This document shows, in pieces, positions 49,650-59,889 of a DNA stretch of 64,000 nt; the stretch's first letter is position 1; the number at the start of each line of letters is the position of its first letter. The notes below the pieces were generated by a model that made no database searches, was not told where the DNA came from, and saw only the letters and a program-made list of their open reading frames with translations. The translations under genes were made by a program, and so were the position numbers. The stretch comes from Bdellovibrionales bacterium (lineage in GTDB: Bacteria; Bdellovibrionota; Bdellovibrionia; Bdellovibrionales; JAGQZY01), in NCBI GenBank assembly GCA_031426555.1, contig JANPLN010000030.1:87792-151791 (forward strand), given 5' to 3'.

Positions 49650-50564
49650 ATGGAATTTGGAAAGTTAGAAACCGTTGAAGGTGTCGATTGGACCCTTCCG
49701 GTGGTGTCAGAAAAGACGGTTCATTATCTGAATCATTATCTACTTCAACGCGACTTCGATTTGTGTTTTGGCACTCCGGCCTGGGCCCACCGCGAGTGGG
49801 TCGGCAAAATTTATCCCAAAGGTTGCAAGCCTGCAGATTATTTGTACCATTATTCCAGGCAGTACGGTGCCATTGAATTCAACTCCTCGCATTATCAAAT
49901 TCCAACACTTCAGCAGACGACGAAGTGGTTAGAAAAAGTTCCCTCCCATTTCCTTTTTTGCGCAAAGGTCTACCAGGGAATTTCGCATGCTCCCCGCGGT
50001 CTACAAAATTCTGTCTTGTTAAAGTCGTGGGTGGGTTTTCTCGAGCGACTAGGAGCCAACTGTGGTCCGTGTTTTTTGCAATTGCCGCCATTTTTTGATT
50101 ACCAACGAAAATCCGAACTTCACCAGTTTTTGAAGCAGTGGCCACGGGATTTTCAGCTCGCGATCGAATTTCGCCATCCGAGCTGGTTTGAAAATGGATC
50201 CGTATTGCCGATGCTCAGCGAATATCTCTTTCAACGCGGGATTGGAACAGTGCTCACCGACGTTGCCGGCAGAAGAGATGTTTTGCACTCCAGCGTGACC
50301 AGCACTTTTACCATGATTCGTTTTATTGGAAACAGCCTGCACGAGAGCGACACTGTTCGTATGCAACTGTGGGGCGAACGCCTCCAGCAGCTGCGCGAGA
50401 GCGGTCTGGCGCGGGTGTTTCTATTCATTCACCAACCCGATGATATTCTTTGTCCCGAAATGACAAATATTGCGGTGGATGTCTTGAATCAAAAAATGGG
50501 GCTGCAGTTAAAACCTGTGGGTGCGGAGGCACCGATGGAGTTATCTATGCAGGCGATCAAGTGA
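49650..50564 (+). CDS. DUF72 domain protein
   Basis: WVGKIYP, IEFNSSHY, FLQLPP, AIEFRHPSW, TDVAGRRDVLH, FIHQPD. Confidence 0.92.
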   Translation: MEFGKLETVEGVDWTLPVVSEKTVHYLNHYLLQRDFDLCFGTPAWAHREWVGKIYPKGCKPADYLYHYSRQYGAIEFNSSHYQIPTLQQTTKWLEKVPSHFLFCAKVYQGISHAPRGLQNSVLLKSWVGFLERLGANCGPCFLQLPPFFDYQRKSELHQFLKQWPRDFQLAIEFRHPSWFENGSVLPMLSEYLFQRGIGTVLTDVAGRRDVLHSSVTSTFTMIRFIGNSLHESDTVRMQLWGERLQQLRESGLARVFLFIHQPDDILCPEMTNIAVDVLNQKMGLQLKPVGAEAPMELSMQAIK

Positions 50565-51040
50565 ACGCGCGGCTCATCTCCTGTGTTCATCGCAGTATGA
50601 ATACGCGTGGTGTCCACAATGTAAGCGTTGTTTGACTCCAATTGGGTTAACTCCAAAGGGTTTTGAAACAGAATGTAAGATTTTGGTGAGGTGACGATAG
50701 GAATATGCAGCCGCTTCGACCAATCTCCGTGAAAGCTATAACAACTCTTTCCAATGAGTTTCATCCAACGGAGTCTATAGATATTAAGATTAAGAATCGA
50801 GCCCAGTTTTGCGATGTAGGAGTTTTGATAATAGGGATGAAGTTGATTGTACAGCTTCTCTTGCTCCTGACTAAAGTTGCCACCGCAGCATTTCAATAAA
50901 TCGTCTTCACTGCCGTTTGCGATGCTGATTCCCGATTGTAAAGTTGGGAAGGAGTCTGTCCACGGAAAGTTTTTTTCGGCATGATCAAAGAGTTGCCAAA
51001 GTTTTTCTGAGTCGATGTGTACATCGAGTTTTTGTACCAT
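50489..51040 (-). CDS. Aspartyl/asparaginyl beta-hydroxylase-domain (Fe/2OG cupin) protein
   Basis: RLRWM, YSFHGD, RLHIPIVT, DTTRIHTAMN, RVHLI. Confidence 0.82.
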   Translation of the reverse strand: MVQKLDVHIDSEKLWQLFDHAEKNFPWTDSFPTLQSGISIANGSEDDLLKCCGGNFSQEQEKLYNQLHPYYQNSYIAKLGSILNLNIYRLRWMKLIGKSCYSFHGDWSKRLHIPIVTSPKSYILFQNPLELTQLESNNAYIVDTTRIHTAMNTGDEPRVHLIACIDNSIGASAPTGFNCSPIF

Positions 51041-51054
51041 AGCAAAAGTCTAGT

Positions 51055-51603
51055 TTATGGCTGGCGAGCTGTCATGCATAAATTTGAAATATGCAACGTC
51101 TTTGGAATCTCAATGAGCCAATCGATCAGTGTGGACATTTCTTGAAGAGAGATTTTGGGATCGCTCACATTGAGCTTTTGAATACGTTCGGTGTCCAGCC
51201 AGCCTGGGCGTAGATTGGTGACTCGACACTGAGTTTCTCGAATGGCATTTAGCTGTTCACTCGCTTTGTCGAGAGCTGTTTTTTGGACCGCATAAGGGTG
51301 GACATAGTTTTTATTTCCATCTCCGGAGTTGCTGCTCACGTTGATAATGTGCTTGGATTGCCCTTTCCAGCATTCAAAAACGAGATAAAGCAGTTCCACC
51401 TGGGACCAGCCGGAGTAGGCGTTGTTGATGAAAACATCAAAGGAATTTATTTTTTGCACGACCCGCTGCTGTGCTTCGATGGCGGAAAGGTCATAACCGT
51501 TGGTACGGCTAAAGCCTTCTACTAAAAAGCCCTTTTGCTCAAAGTGCTTAAAAAGGCTTTTTCCAAGGCCCGAAGTGTGTCCTGTGATTGCTATTTTTCG
51601 CAA
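51055..51603 (-). CDS. Minimal short-chain dehydrogenase/reductase (182 aa)
   Basis: ITGHTSGLG, FINNA, IINVSS, YAVQK, PGWLDT. Confidence 0.88.
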   Translation of the reverse strand: MRKIAITGHTSGLGKSLFKHFEQKGFLVEGFSRTNGYDLSAIEAQQRVVQKINSFDVFINNAYSGWSQVELLYLVFECWKGQSKHIINVSSNSGDGNKNYVHPYAVQKTALDKASEQLNAIRETQCRVTNLRPGWLDTERIQKLNVSDPKISLQEMSTLIDWLIEIPKTLHISNLCMTARQP

Positions 51604-51620
51604 AACCGCCGCCCTATTTA

Positions 51621-52280
51621 CTAGTCGATGTGTTTCACTTCAATGGGTTGCTTGCTTTTTGTCGGAAACATAAACGAACTGTCCTCATGATGGGCAAGTC
51701 TGCTTTTTGTTACATCCCGGTGTCCGATGCCCATTAATAGTAGAGGGCTCTTCGACAACCCAAGAAGTGCTTGGATCCCATCTGCGTCAAAGCAGGCACA
51801 GCAGCCGGTGGCATACCCCAAAAGACTTGCTGATAAATTTAAGTATCCAGCCGCAATTCCGGTGGCCATGTTGCGATCGCGTTCAAGGCAATATTCTAAT
51901 GCAGTATCATGTTCAGTATTATTTTTTAAATCATAAGTCTGCTGGTTGCGAAACACATCTTTTTCGTTGAGAAGTTCCACATTTTTCGCTTCAAAAACAA
52001 CCAGTAGATTGGCAAGAACCTGTGGATTTGTTGTGCTTGCTCCATCTTTAAATGAAATAATAAAACCATCAGTCATTAGGTGAATTTTTTCAATAATTTC
52101 TCTGTTCGTAATGAAGTGTGCCGTGTAAAACGCAACGTTTTGTTTACTCGGGCACTGGCTCACGGCAGAAACAAACAGTTCGATGTCTTCTTTAGGAACT
52201 TCTTGCGATAGATCCCAATTACGCTGGCAATGCTGGCTCTTAAGAATCGCTTTTTTTACGTCAGTATGAGTGATAGTCAA
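51621..52280 (-). CDS. Nitroreductase-family protein, copy 1
   Basis: SQHCQRNWD, QCPSKQN, GIAAGYLNLSASLLGYATGCCACF; GGAGG RBS then TTG 52280. Confidence 0.8.
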   Translation of the reverse strand: MTITHTDVKKAILKSQHCQRNWDLSQEVPKEDIELFVSAVSQCPSKQNVAFYTAHFITNREIIEKIHLMTDGFIISFKDGASTTNPQVLANLLVVFEAKNVELLNEKDVFRNQQTYDLKNNTEHDTALEYCLERDRNMATGIAAGYLNLSASLLGYATGCCACFDADGIQALLGLSKSPLLLMGIGHRDVTKSRLAHHEDSSFMFPTKSKQPIEVKHID

Positions 52281-52564
52281 AAAACCTCCATGTAAGTTAC
52301 CCATTTAGAGTAAACAAAAGAATTCCAAAAAACAATGGGGGATCGCGGCAGCGCGCCTAAATTTTATAACTAAATAGTGAGTCCCATCTTTTTTGTCACC
52401 TGCGAATAGTCCAGTAATGAGTTATTTTTTGTAGATTGCCGGTCGATTCCATATTTATTGTGCCGGATCTTATGAAAAGTTCTTTTCTCGAACACCTTTG
52501 TTACCAACTAGCATGACAGGTGCTGTTGGTTGGCATATAGTCTGTTAGTGACAAGAGGAGGCAA

Positions 52565-54250
52565 GTGTCTCAAACAATACAAATTCCAAAGCAATCTGTT
52601 GAAGCCCCTAATTTTTTAAAACAGATCATCGAGTCAGACATTAAGGCGGGGAAAAACAACGGGCAGGTGGTAACGCGCTTTCCTCCTGAGCCCAACGGGT
52701 ATCTTCATTTGGGTCACGCAAAAGCAATTTGCCTAAATTTTGGGCTGGCAAACGATTACCACGGACGTTGCCATTTGCGCTTTGACGATACGAATCCCGA
52801 AACAGAAGACGTGGAGTATGTGGAGTCTATCAAGGCCGACGTGAAGTGGTTGGGATTCGATTGGAATGAACATCTTTATTTTGCATCCGATTACTTTCAA
52901 CAGCTTTACGATTGGGCAGATCACCTGATCTCCGAAGGCAAGGCCTATGTTTGCAGCCTCAACGAAGACGAACTCCGCGAATACCGGGGTGATTTCAAAC
53001 GACCTGGTAAAAACAGTCCTTACCGCGAACGTTCAGCGAGCGAGAATTTGGATTTGTTTCGCCGAATGAAGACTGGAGAGTTCTCTGAGGGGGAACACGT
53101 TCTGCGCGCGAAAATTGATATGCAGTCGCCCAATATGAATATGCGCGATCCGCTTTTGTATCGAATTCGCAAAGTGCAGCATCATCGCACAGGGAACGAA
53201 TGGTGCATCTATCCTATGTACGATTATGCCCATCCTCTGTCAGATGCCATCGAAAAGATCACCCATTCTATTTGCACTCTTGAGTTTCAAGATCATCGCC
53301 CCTTTTACGACTGGTGCATTGAAAATTTACCCACACCCGGGGAGCCGCGACAGTATGAATTTGCGCGAATGAACATGACTTACTTGGTGATGAGTAAGCG
53401 CAAACTTTTACAACTGGTTAAAGAGAAGTTAGTCAGCGGCTGGGATGATCCGCGAATGCCAACGATTTCGGGTATGCGCCGCCGTGGTTACACTCCCGCG
53501 TCCATTCAGTTGTTTGCAAAACGTATTGGGGTGTCGAAAGCCGAAAGTATTATCGAGTACGATATTTTGGAAAACTGCGTGCGCGAAGATTTAGACGCCG
53601 TCGCCCATCGGGCAATGGCCGTGCTCGATCCCATCAAAGTGGTCATCGAAAATTATCCCGAAAATAGCGAAGAGGAGATCGAATCTCCAGTGCATCCCAA
53701 AAAAGCGGAGATGGGAAGTCGCAAACTGATTTTTAGTCGCGAGGTTTTTATAGATCGTGTGGATTTTATGGAAAACCCGACACCTGATTTTTTTAGACTC
53801 GCTCCGGGCCGAGAAGTGCGTTTGCGAAACGCCTATGTGATCAAATGCAAAGACGTGATTAAGGATTCTCAAGGCAAGGTGACGGAGCTGCGCTGTGACT
53901 ATGATGTGGCCACGCTGGGTGGCAAGCCCACCTCAGATGGACGCAAGGTGAAGGCCGTCATCCACTGGGTCTCCGTGACAAAGTCCATTCCGGCAGAGGT
54001 TCGTATCTACGGTCGCTTGTTTAAAGTGGCAGACCCAGAAAATGTGCCAGAAGGAAAAGATTTTAAGGAGAACTTGAATCCCGAGTCTCTAACGATCATC
54101 AAAACGGCACGACTCGAATGGAGCCTCAAAGAGATTCAACCTGGATTACGCTATCAGTTTGAGCGCGTTGGGTATTTTTGTCTCGATAAAGACTCTCAGC
54201 CATCGTCTCTCGTATTGAATCGCATTGTGGACTTAGCTACGGGACGATAG
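52565..54250 (+). CDS. glnS: Glutaminyl-tRNA synthetase
   Basis: [50 protein letters not shown]. Confidence 0.97.
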   Translation: MSQTIQIPKQSVEAPNFLKQIIESDIKAGKNNGQVVTRFPPEPNGYLHLGHAKAICLNFGLANDYHGRCHLRFDDTNPETEDVEYVESIKADVKWLGFDWNEHLYFASDYFQQLYDWADHLISEGKAYVCSLNEDELREYRGDFKRPGKNSPYRERSASENLDLFRRMKTGEFSEGEHVLRAKIDMQSPNMNMRDPLLYRIRKVQHHRTGNEWCIYPMYDYAHPLSDAIEKITHSICTLEFQDHRPFYDWCIENLPTPGEPRQYEFARMNMTYLVMSKRKLLQLVKEKLVSGWDDPRMPTISGMRRRGYTPASIQLFAKRIGVSKAESIIEYDILENCVREDLDAVAHRAMAVLDPIKVVIENYPENSEEEIESPVHPKKAEMGSRKLIFSREVFIDRVDFMENPTPDFFRLAPGREVRLRNAYVIKCKDVIKDSQGKVTELRCDYDVATLGGKPTSDGRKVKAVIHWVSVTKSIPAEVRIYGRLFKVADPENVPEGKDFKENLNPESLTIIKTARLEWSLKEIQPGLRYQFERVGYFCLDKDSQPSSLVLNRIVDLATGR

Positions 54251-54258
54251 AGGTTGTG

Positions 54259-55113
54259 ATGGCACCCACAAAAATCGTTTTTCTTTCCTGTGACAATCTC
54301 GATGGCTACATCACCGACGACAAATTGGCTCTACCAGCTCTGGAGGAGGCGGGTTTCCTGGTGGAGACGATGCCATGGAATGGCACTTGCGATTGGTCGC
54401 AGTACCGAACCGCCGTCGTTCGCACCACTTGGGACTACACGCAAAAGTTGGACGAATTTATAAAAACGCTTGCACACATTTCCTCGCAAACTCAACTTAT
54501 CAATGATTTGTCGGTCATCCAGTGGAACTCGCAAAAAACCTATCTGCGTGATCTCAAAGCCTGGGGGCTTAGAATTATTCCCACAGAGTTTTCGTGGCCC
54601 CACGACTGGGGAGCCCTCTTTGAACAATGGCAGACGACAACGCTGATGATAAAGCCTCAGGTGGGGGCAAGTTCCATGAATACCTTCAAAGTGACCCGGG
54701 AGAACATTCCTGCGGAACCGTTGTTTTTACAGGGACCGCTCATTCAACCCTTTCGGGATAAAATCCTCTCTGAGGGTGAATTTTCATTTCACTTTTTCTA
54801 CGGCGAGTTTAGTCATGCCATTCAAAAAATTCCAAAGGCGGGAGACTACCGAGTTCAGGAAGAGTATGGCGGCAACATTGTTTCCATTGCGCCCAGTCCC
54901 GAAGACCTTGAATTTGCCACGGCCATTTACAAAACTGTGGAAGGCAAATTAAAGACTCCCACCCTTTTTCACCGGGTAGATTTGGTGCGAAACAACGATG
55001 GGGAGCTCGAGATCATGGAACTGGAACTTGTTGAGCCGTCGTTGTATTTTAGGACAGATCCGACGGCAGCAGCAAAATTTGCATACGCGTTAAAGACATA
55101 CCTCGCTCGATAA
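54259..55113 (+). CDS. ATP-grasp protein (RimK/glutathione synthetase-like)
   Basis: RTTWDY, WNSQKTYL, IKPQVGASS, GDYRVQEEYGG, RVDL, MELELVEPSLY. Confidence 0.85.
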   Translation: MAPTKIVFLSCDNLDGYITDDKLALPALEEAGFLVETMPWNGTCDWSQYRTAVVRTTWDYTQKLDEFIKTLAHISSQTQLINDLSVIQWNSQKTYLRDLKAWGLRIIPTEFSWPHDWGALFEQWQTTTLMIKPQVGASSMNTFKVTRENIPAEPLFLQGPLIQPFRDKILSEGEFSFHFFYGEFSHAIQKIPKAGDYRVQEEYGGNIVSIAPSPEDLEFATAIYKTVEGKLKTPTLFHRVDLVRNNDGELEIMELELVEPSLYFRTDPTAAAKFAYALKTYLAR

Positions 55114-55175
55114 TTAAAAAAATCGATGGTATCTTGCGATTTCAATTCACTTTCAAAGGATCTATCATATTTACA

Positions 55176-55517
55176 ATGCTCCGCTATTTCGTACTTACAG
55201 TCGCCTTCGTTTCCATCGTCAATTGCTCGAGCACAACTTTGATTCGGTCTTCAGATCCCGAAGCTAAAATCTACGTGGATGGTGAATTTAAAGGCAAAGG
55301 CACTGTGAGTCACACAGATCAAAAAACCATCGGCGGAACAACTCAAGTGCGCATGGAAAAAGAAGGTTGCGAACCGGTTTATTACAACTTCTCGCGAAAC
55401 GAAGAGTTTGATGCCGGTGCCTGTATCGGTGGTGTTTTTGTTCTTGTACCATTTCTTTGGATTCAAAAATACAAACCTGAGCACACGTACGAATACGCAT
55501 GTTCCACAAAGAAATAA
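55176..55517 (+). CDS. PEGA-domain small lipoprotein
   Basis: IVNCSS lipobox-like; IRSSDPEAKIYVDGEFKGKG. Confidence 0.75.
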   Translation: MLRYFVLTVAFVSIVNCSSTTLIRSSDPEAKIYVDGEFKGKGTVSHTDQKTIGGTTQVRMEKEGCEPVYYNFSRNEEFDAGACIGGVFVLVPFLWIQKYKPEHTYEYACSTKK

Positions 55518-55873
55518 TTTTTTTATTTCTTCTGCTGGGAACAACGGTTTCGGCCGCGTTTAGCCGTAATCTCATCGATGAAAAGTTTAAACTCGGCCGC
55601 CAGGCCGAGGGCAAACCTGTGGTGAAAACCGAAATCGAGAAAATCTACAAAGACGTTTTTGCAAAGTCTATGTACTCCAAATGCCAGTGGCTTCCGTCAG
55701 ATAGCCAGTACCTAAAAATAAAAGCAAAACAGTGTGGGCAGGCCCGGGGCAGTTTGTTGGCCGTTGGAAGATTCCTAGCCGAGGCCGACGCGGCTTTGAT
55801 TTCGGCGCACGCGGTGAATGATCAGGGTCGTTTGCGCTTTGTAAACCTGCGAGAGTCCTGTGATATTTTTTAA
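55499..55873 (+). CDS. Secreted protein with a degenerate YidD-like domain
   Basis: Signal peptide; SKCQWLPSDSQY...G..RG.LL...R resembles YidD CRFxPTCSxY...G..KG..L...R. Confidence 0.5.
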   Translation: MFHKEIIFLFLLLGTTVSAAFSRNLIDEKFKLGRQAEGKPVVKTEIEKIYKDVFAKSMYSKCQWLPSDSQYLKIKAKQCGQARGSLLAVGRFLAEADAALISAHAVNDQGRLRFVNLRESCDIF

Positions 55874-56564
55874 TTTACTCATCCTATTCGCCACGTCCAT
55901 GGCTCACGGCGACTGCGCAGCAAAAACCGATAAGCTGTTTGAACAAGGCAAATCCTATTATTCAAACGGACAGTATTTATTGGCCGCCAACCAACTTGCC
56001 ACCTTTACTCTCCTCACCTGCAACGAAGCGCAATCTCTGGAGGCTCGCATTTTTTGGGCGCGCTCTCTTTACGAATTGAACGAGGCGGCCGAAGGCGAAA
56101 GAGTGATTTTGCCCATGGCGAAAAACCAACATTGGGAGAGCAAAGTTCGCATCGTCAGGGCCTGGTATCAGCCGGAGTTAAAGGAAAGTCTTGCCGTTAG
56201 TGAACGGGAACGTTTTTCGGAGTTTCAAAGACAAATTGCTCAGCTTGGGACGATCAAAAAACCATGGATTGCGGGAACACTAAGTGCAGTGCTCCCAGGA
56301 GCAGGCCAAGCCTATAACGGAAATTTTCAATCGGCTATTTTTAGCTTTGTGCTCAATTCCATTTTTCTCAGTGCGACCGTCGAACTGCATCGCGAAAAAA
56401 TGGGAGCAGCTGCCTTGGCTTCAGGAATGCTTTTCTCAGTTGTTTATCTGGGCAACATTATGGGTTCCATAGATTCCAGCCACTCACTGATTGAAAACCA
56501 TCAAAGAGCCGACAAGGAACGTATTCGCGACCAAGTTTTCCCCGAGTTGCGATTGATTGACTAA
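55860..56564 (+). CDS. TPR plus membrane (TM2-like) protein
   Basis: LFEQGKSYYSNGQY TPR-like; KKPWIAGTLSAVLPGAGQAYNG followed by TM helices. Confidence 0.7.
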   Translation: MIFFNLLILFATSMAHGDCAAKTDKLFEQGKSYYSNGQYLLAANQLATFTLLTCNEAQSLEARIFWARSLYELNEAAEGERVILPMAKNQHWESKVRIVRAWYQPELKESLAVSERERFSEFQRQIAQLGTIKKPWIAGTLSAVLPGAGQAYNGNFQSAIFSFVLNSIFLSATVELHREKMGAAALASGMLFSVVYLGNIMGSIDSSHSLIENHQRADKERIRDQVFPELRLID

Positions 56565-57220
56565 ACAATATGTTGAACCTCAATTTTTTGTTTAGACTTC
56601 GTCGGGAACATAAACGCACTTTCCGTATGGTGTGCTAAGCGACTTTTGCTGAGATCTCGGTGGCCGATGCCCATCATTAAAAGGGGTTGATTGGATAGGC
56701 CTAAAAGTTGCTGAATTCCCTCTCCATCGAAGCAGGCACAGCAGCCAGTGGCATATCCCATTAGGCTCGCCGATAAATTTAAATATCCTGCGGCGATCCC
56801 TACGGCCATGTTTTGATCACGCTGAAAGCATTGCGAAACTTCGTCAGATTTATCCGGGCTATTTTTAAAATCCCAGGTTTGTTGATTTCGATAAACGTCT
56901 TTTTCATCGGACAATTCGACATTTTTGGATTCAAAAACCACGAGGAGATTGGCCAAAACTTGCGGGTTGGTTGTGCTAGTCCCATCTTCGAAGGATATTA
57001 TAAAACCATCTGTCTTGTTGTGAATTTTTTCGATGATATCCCGATTTGTTATAAAATGAGCTTTGTAGAAGGAGATGTTCTGTTTGCTTGGGCACTGGCT
57101 CACGGCAGAAACAAACAGATCAATATCCTTTTGTGGAACTTCTTGTGAAAGATCCCAGTTTCTTTGGCAATGCTGGCTCTTGAGAATCGCTTTTTTGACT
57201 TCGTCGTGAGATATTGACAA
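56561..57220 (-). CDS. Nitroreductase-family protein, copy 2
   Basis: About 77% identical to copy 1 by hand alignment (50 differences in 219 aa); GGAGG RBS then TTG 57220. Confidence 0.8.
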   Translation of the reverse strand: MSISHDEVKKAILKSQHCQRNWDLSQEVPQKDIDLFVSAVSQCPSKQNISFYKAHFITNRDIIEKIHNKTDGFIISFEDGTSTTNPQVLANLLVVFESKNVELSDEKDVYRNQQTWDFKNSPDKSDEVSQCFQRDQNMAVGIAAGYLNLSASLMGYATGCCACFDGEGIQQLLGLSNQPLLMMGIGHRDLSKSRLAHHTESAFMFPTKSKQKIEVQHIV

Positions 57221-57296
57221 AAAACCCTCCATGTTAGTTACTAAATTTAGCGTAAACGAGAGTTTCTAAAATAACAACTTTTGTTCGCGGAGGCCT

Positions 57297-58541
57297 ATGT
57301 TTCAAACTCAAAATTGGTGTGCCTTGCCTTTTTTCCACTTGAGCACCGATCCCACAGGAAACATCCGCCCATGTTGCCGGGCAGAGCCCATCGCAAAGAT
57401 ACAGACGAGTTCATTTAAGAATACATGGAATGGTGAGTCAATTCGCGCTTTACGGAAAGATTTCTTAGCTGGTGAAAAATCAGAGGTTTGTCGAAGTTGT
57501 TGGAATTACGAAGATCAAGGAATCGTCAGTTTCCGTCAAAGAATCAATCTCAACTTTTCTAAGGCGTTCTCAGAAGGTCTATTAGAAAAAGTGGATGTTG
57601 AATCAGGGAAAATCGATGCGCCAATCCAGTACCTGGAGTTAAAGCTTACGAATAAATGCAATTTAGCCTGTCGAATGTGTAATCCTGAAAATAGCAGCCG
57701 TTGGGCTCAAATCAAAAAGCGCGAACCCGATCAATTACTGGTGCGTAACCATTTTAACTCACCTTTGGTTGTTAAAGAAATCGAAGAGATTTTGAACCAC
57801 CCGATGTTTAAGATCGTTTGTTTTGTAGGCGGCGAGCCATTTCTTGACGAAACACACTTTAGTTATTTGTCTCTGATTAAAGACAAATCAAAAGTGACCT
57901 ATGTCACGAATACAAATTTGACAAAACTTTCATTTGGTGGACGGGATATTTTGGATACGCTTGACGACTTTCAAGATGTACGTTTGATCGTCAGCATCGA
58001 CGGGGACGCCGAACGACAAAAATATATCCGTAAAGGAATTTCGATAGAAAATTTCGAGAAAAATTTACTACTTCTTAGGAGTCGCTGCTCTGCTGATAAA
58101 TGGAATTTGTTTTCGTCAGCCGTTATAAGCTTGTTAAATATTTATTACATTCCAGAATTGATCATGTACTCACTTCGGTTCGATTTAATTCCTGTTCCGT
58201 TTACAATCATAGATGACCCTATTCATTTACGGCTTAATTTGCTTCCTAAAGAACAAAAAGACTTAATAAAAAGTAGCATTCTCGACTGGTATCAAAGGTT
58301 TAATTTAAAAGAGTATGTTAGCGATAATAATTTGAAAAAAGTTAATAATCACTTTACCCAAGTCCAATTCAGCTTAGAGCAAAGTATAAAATCGGTGGTT
58401 AATGCGTTAGATAATTGCGATTTTCAAAAAGCAAATTGGAAAATATTTGAGCAAGAGATGAAATGGTTTGGCCCATCAGAAATGTCAGACATGCAAATCA
58501 ATCAACCAGAGCTATTCAAAATGATGGAGCGATTTTTGTGA
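57297..58541 (+). CDS. Radical SAM enzyme with N-terminal twitch/SPASM-like domain
   Basis: WCALPF...GNIRPCC...CRSC; CNLACRMC; GGEPF; NTN; SIDG. Confidence 0.9.
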   Translation: MFQTQNWCALPFFHLSTDPTGNIRPCCRAEPIAKIQTSSFKNTWNGESIRALRKDFLAGEKSEVCRSCWNYEDQGIVSFRQRINLNFSKAFSEGLLEKVDVESGKIDAPIQYLELKLTNKCNLACRMCNPENSSRWAQIKKREPDQLLVRNHFNSPLVVKEIEEILNHPMFKIVCFVGGEPFLDETHFSYLSLIKDKSKVTYVTNTNLTKLSFGGRDILDTLDDFQDVRLIVSIDGDAERQKYIRKGISIENFEKNLLLLRSRCSADKWNLFSSAVISLLNIYYIPELIMYSLRFDLIPVPFTIIDDPIHLRLNLLPKEQKDLIKSSILDWYQRFNLKEYVSDNNLKKVNNHFTQVQFSLEQSIKSVVNALDNCDFQKANWKIFEQEMKWFGPSEMSDMQINQPELFKMMERFL

Positions 58542-59293
58542 TTTTTAGCGATGGAATTGCTGAAAAATTCAATGTAAATAAGAAACATCCCGATGTGTTC
58601 AGAAAACAAATGAGCTTACTGAGTGATCCGATCTTGATAGAAAATTTTATAACACCAGAGGAAGTTGAAGAACTAAAAAAAATTGAGCTTTCAAAACCTG
58701 CTTCTTCCCGCGAAGGTCGACCATCAGCGGAGTACACCGAAGTTACTTTTAACAATTGGGAAGAAGCGGAAAAAAATCTACTTCAGCAACGGCTTCAACA
58801 GGTTTTGGGTGATTTTCAAGTTTGGGGGGGTAACTACTTTTCAACATCAGTGCCATACTTGCCGCACGTTGACACTGGAGCCAACATCAGTGAAGCCAAC
58901 TATAAAAATATTGTTATACCATTACAGACATATCCAGCGGGAAAGCTCACCCATTTAGTTTTGTTCAAGCAAAGGTATTTTGGTAACAACACTGGCTTCT
59001 ATGGCTCTGGGGTGGGAGGGGTAAGCGAGTTTACCTGCAATGAATCACTTTATGATTATTCCGCCATATTAAATCTGGAGCCCAACCATCAAATTGATTC
59101 GCAGATTTTAAAAACCCGTCTTAACCATGTGAATCATCTCAACTTAAAAGGGTTGAGTATTTCTCAAATAATTCCTTGGAAAGTAGGTTCGTGTATCATC
59201 TTTGACTCCGCGCAGATTCATTGTTCGTCCGATTTTACCCAGCAAGGTATTATAAGAAAATCAGGATACTCACTGTTCACACTCAAGTGTTAG
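58538..59293 (+). CDS. Putative Fe/2OG-dependent oxygenase-fold protein
   Basis: GTGA overlap with the radical SAM gene; PHVDT, IVIPL, WKVGSCIIFDSAQIHCS. Confidence 0.65.
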   Translation: MIFSDGIAEKFNVNKKHPDVFRKQMSLLSDPILIENFITPEEVEELKKIELSKPASSREGRPSAEYTEVTFNNWEEAEKNLLQQRLQQVLGDFQVWGGNYFSTSVPYLPHVDTGANISEANYKNIVIPLQTYPAGKLTHLVLFKQRYFGNNTGFYGSGVGGVSEFTCNESLYDYSAILNLEPNHQIDSQILKTRLNHVNHLNLKGLSISQIIPWKVGSCIIFDSAQIHCSSDFTQQGIIRKSGYSLFTLKC

Positions 59294-59546
59294 GTCAAAG
59301 AAAGAAAGCAGTGATTGGCTGTCGGCGCTAATAATGAGGTGCACCCTCTCGGTGGAGCCGTGGTTCACGGCAAAATGTTTGACTCCTGGATTTACAAACC
59401 AAACGTGTCCGTCAGCAGGCATATGAACAGTGACTTTTTCTCCAGACTTGTCCCATCCTCCATTAAAACAAAAATCATTTGTCTTTAGTGGAATGTGTAG
59501 TCGGATACCGTATAAAGTGTCGTAATCGATATGTGGCTTGACCCGG
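59270..59546 (-). pseudogene. 5'-truncated AspH-domain gene fragment (absent from the ORF track)
   Basis: Hand translation RVKPHIDYDTLYGIRLHIPLKTN...HMPADGHVWFVNPGVKHFAVNHGSTERVHLIISADSQ...*; no in-frame start before an upstream stop near 59615. Confidence 0.8.
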
Positions 59547-59889
59547 CCCCACCTCAGGGATGCTCCATGCCACCTTCCCAGTGAGTGGTGATTACCGACT
59601 GTGGATCCAATTCATCGACGGCGTGGACCTCAAATCAATTCCGCTTTCGGTGGTCGTGAAGTAGTCAGAGTTATAATGGATTGCTGTCGATCATTTTTAC
59701 GACAACGATATCTAGAAACATCCAATTCGCAAATTCCAGTCTCTGGATTTGGTTGGTTGCACACCCCGCGATAGCAACTGCAATGAAGATAGCTAGGAAC
59801 TTTTTCATAAAGCTCCTCGGACAGGATGGACATCCAGAATCCCGGATACCGTTAACGGTATTGTGGATACGGAATTTGCGGATTTAAAT

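Noticed and set aside
59630..59833. 67-aa Cys-rich ORF as a RiPP precursor for the radical SAM cluster
   Set aside because: No RBS, no leader/core pattern, and it lies in a scrambled region between a pseudo-tRNA and a truncated gene; cannot be supported
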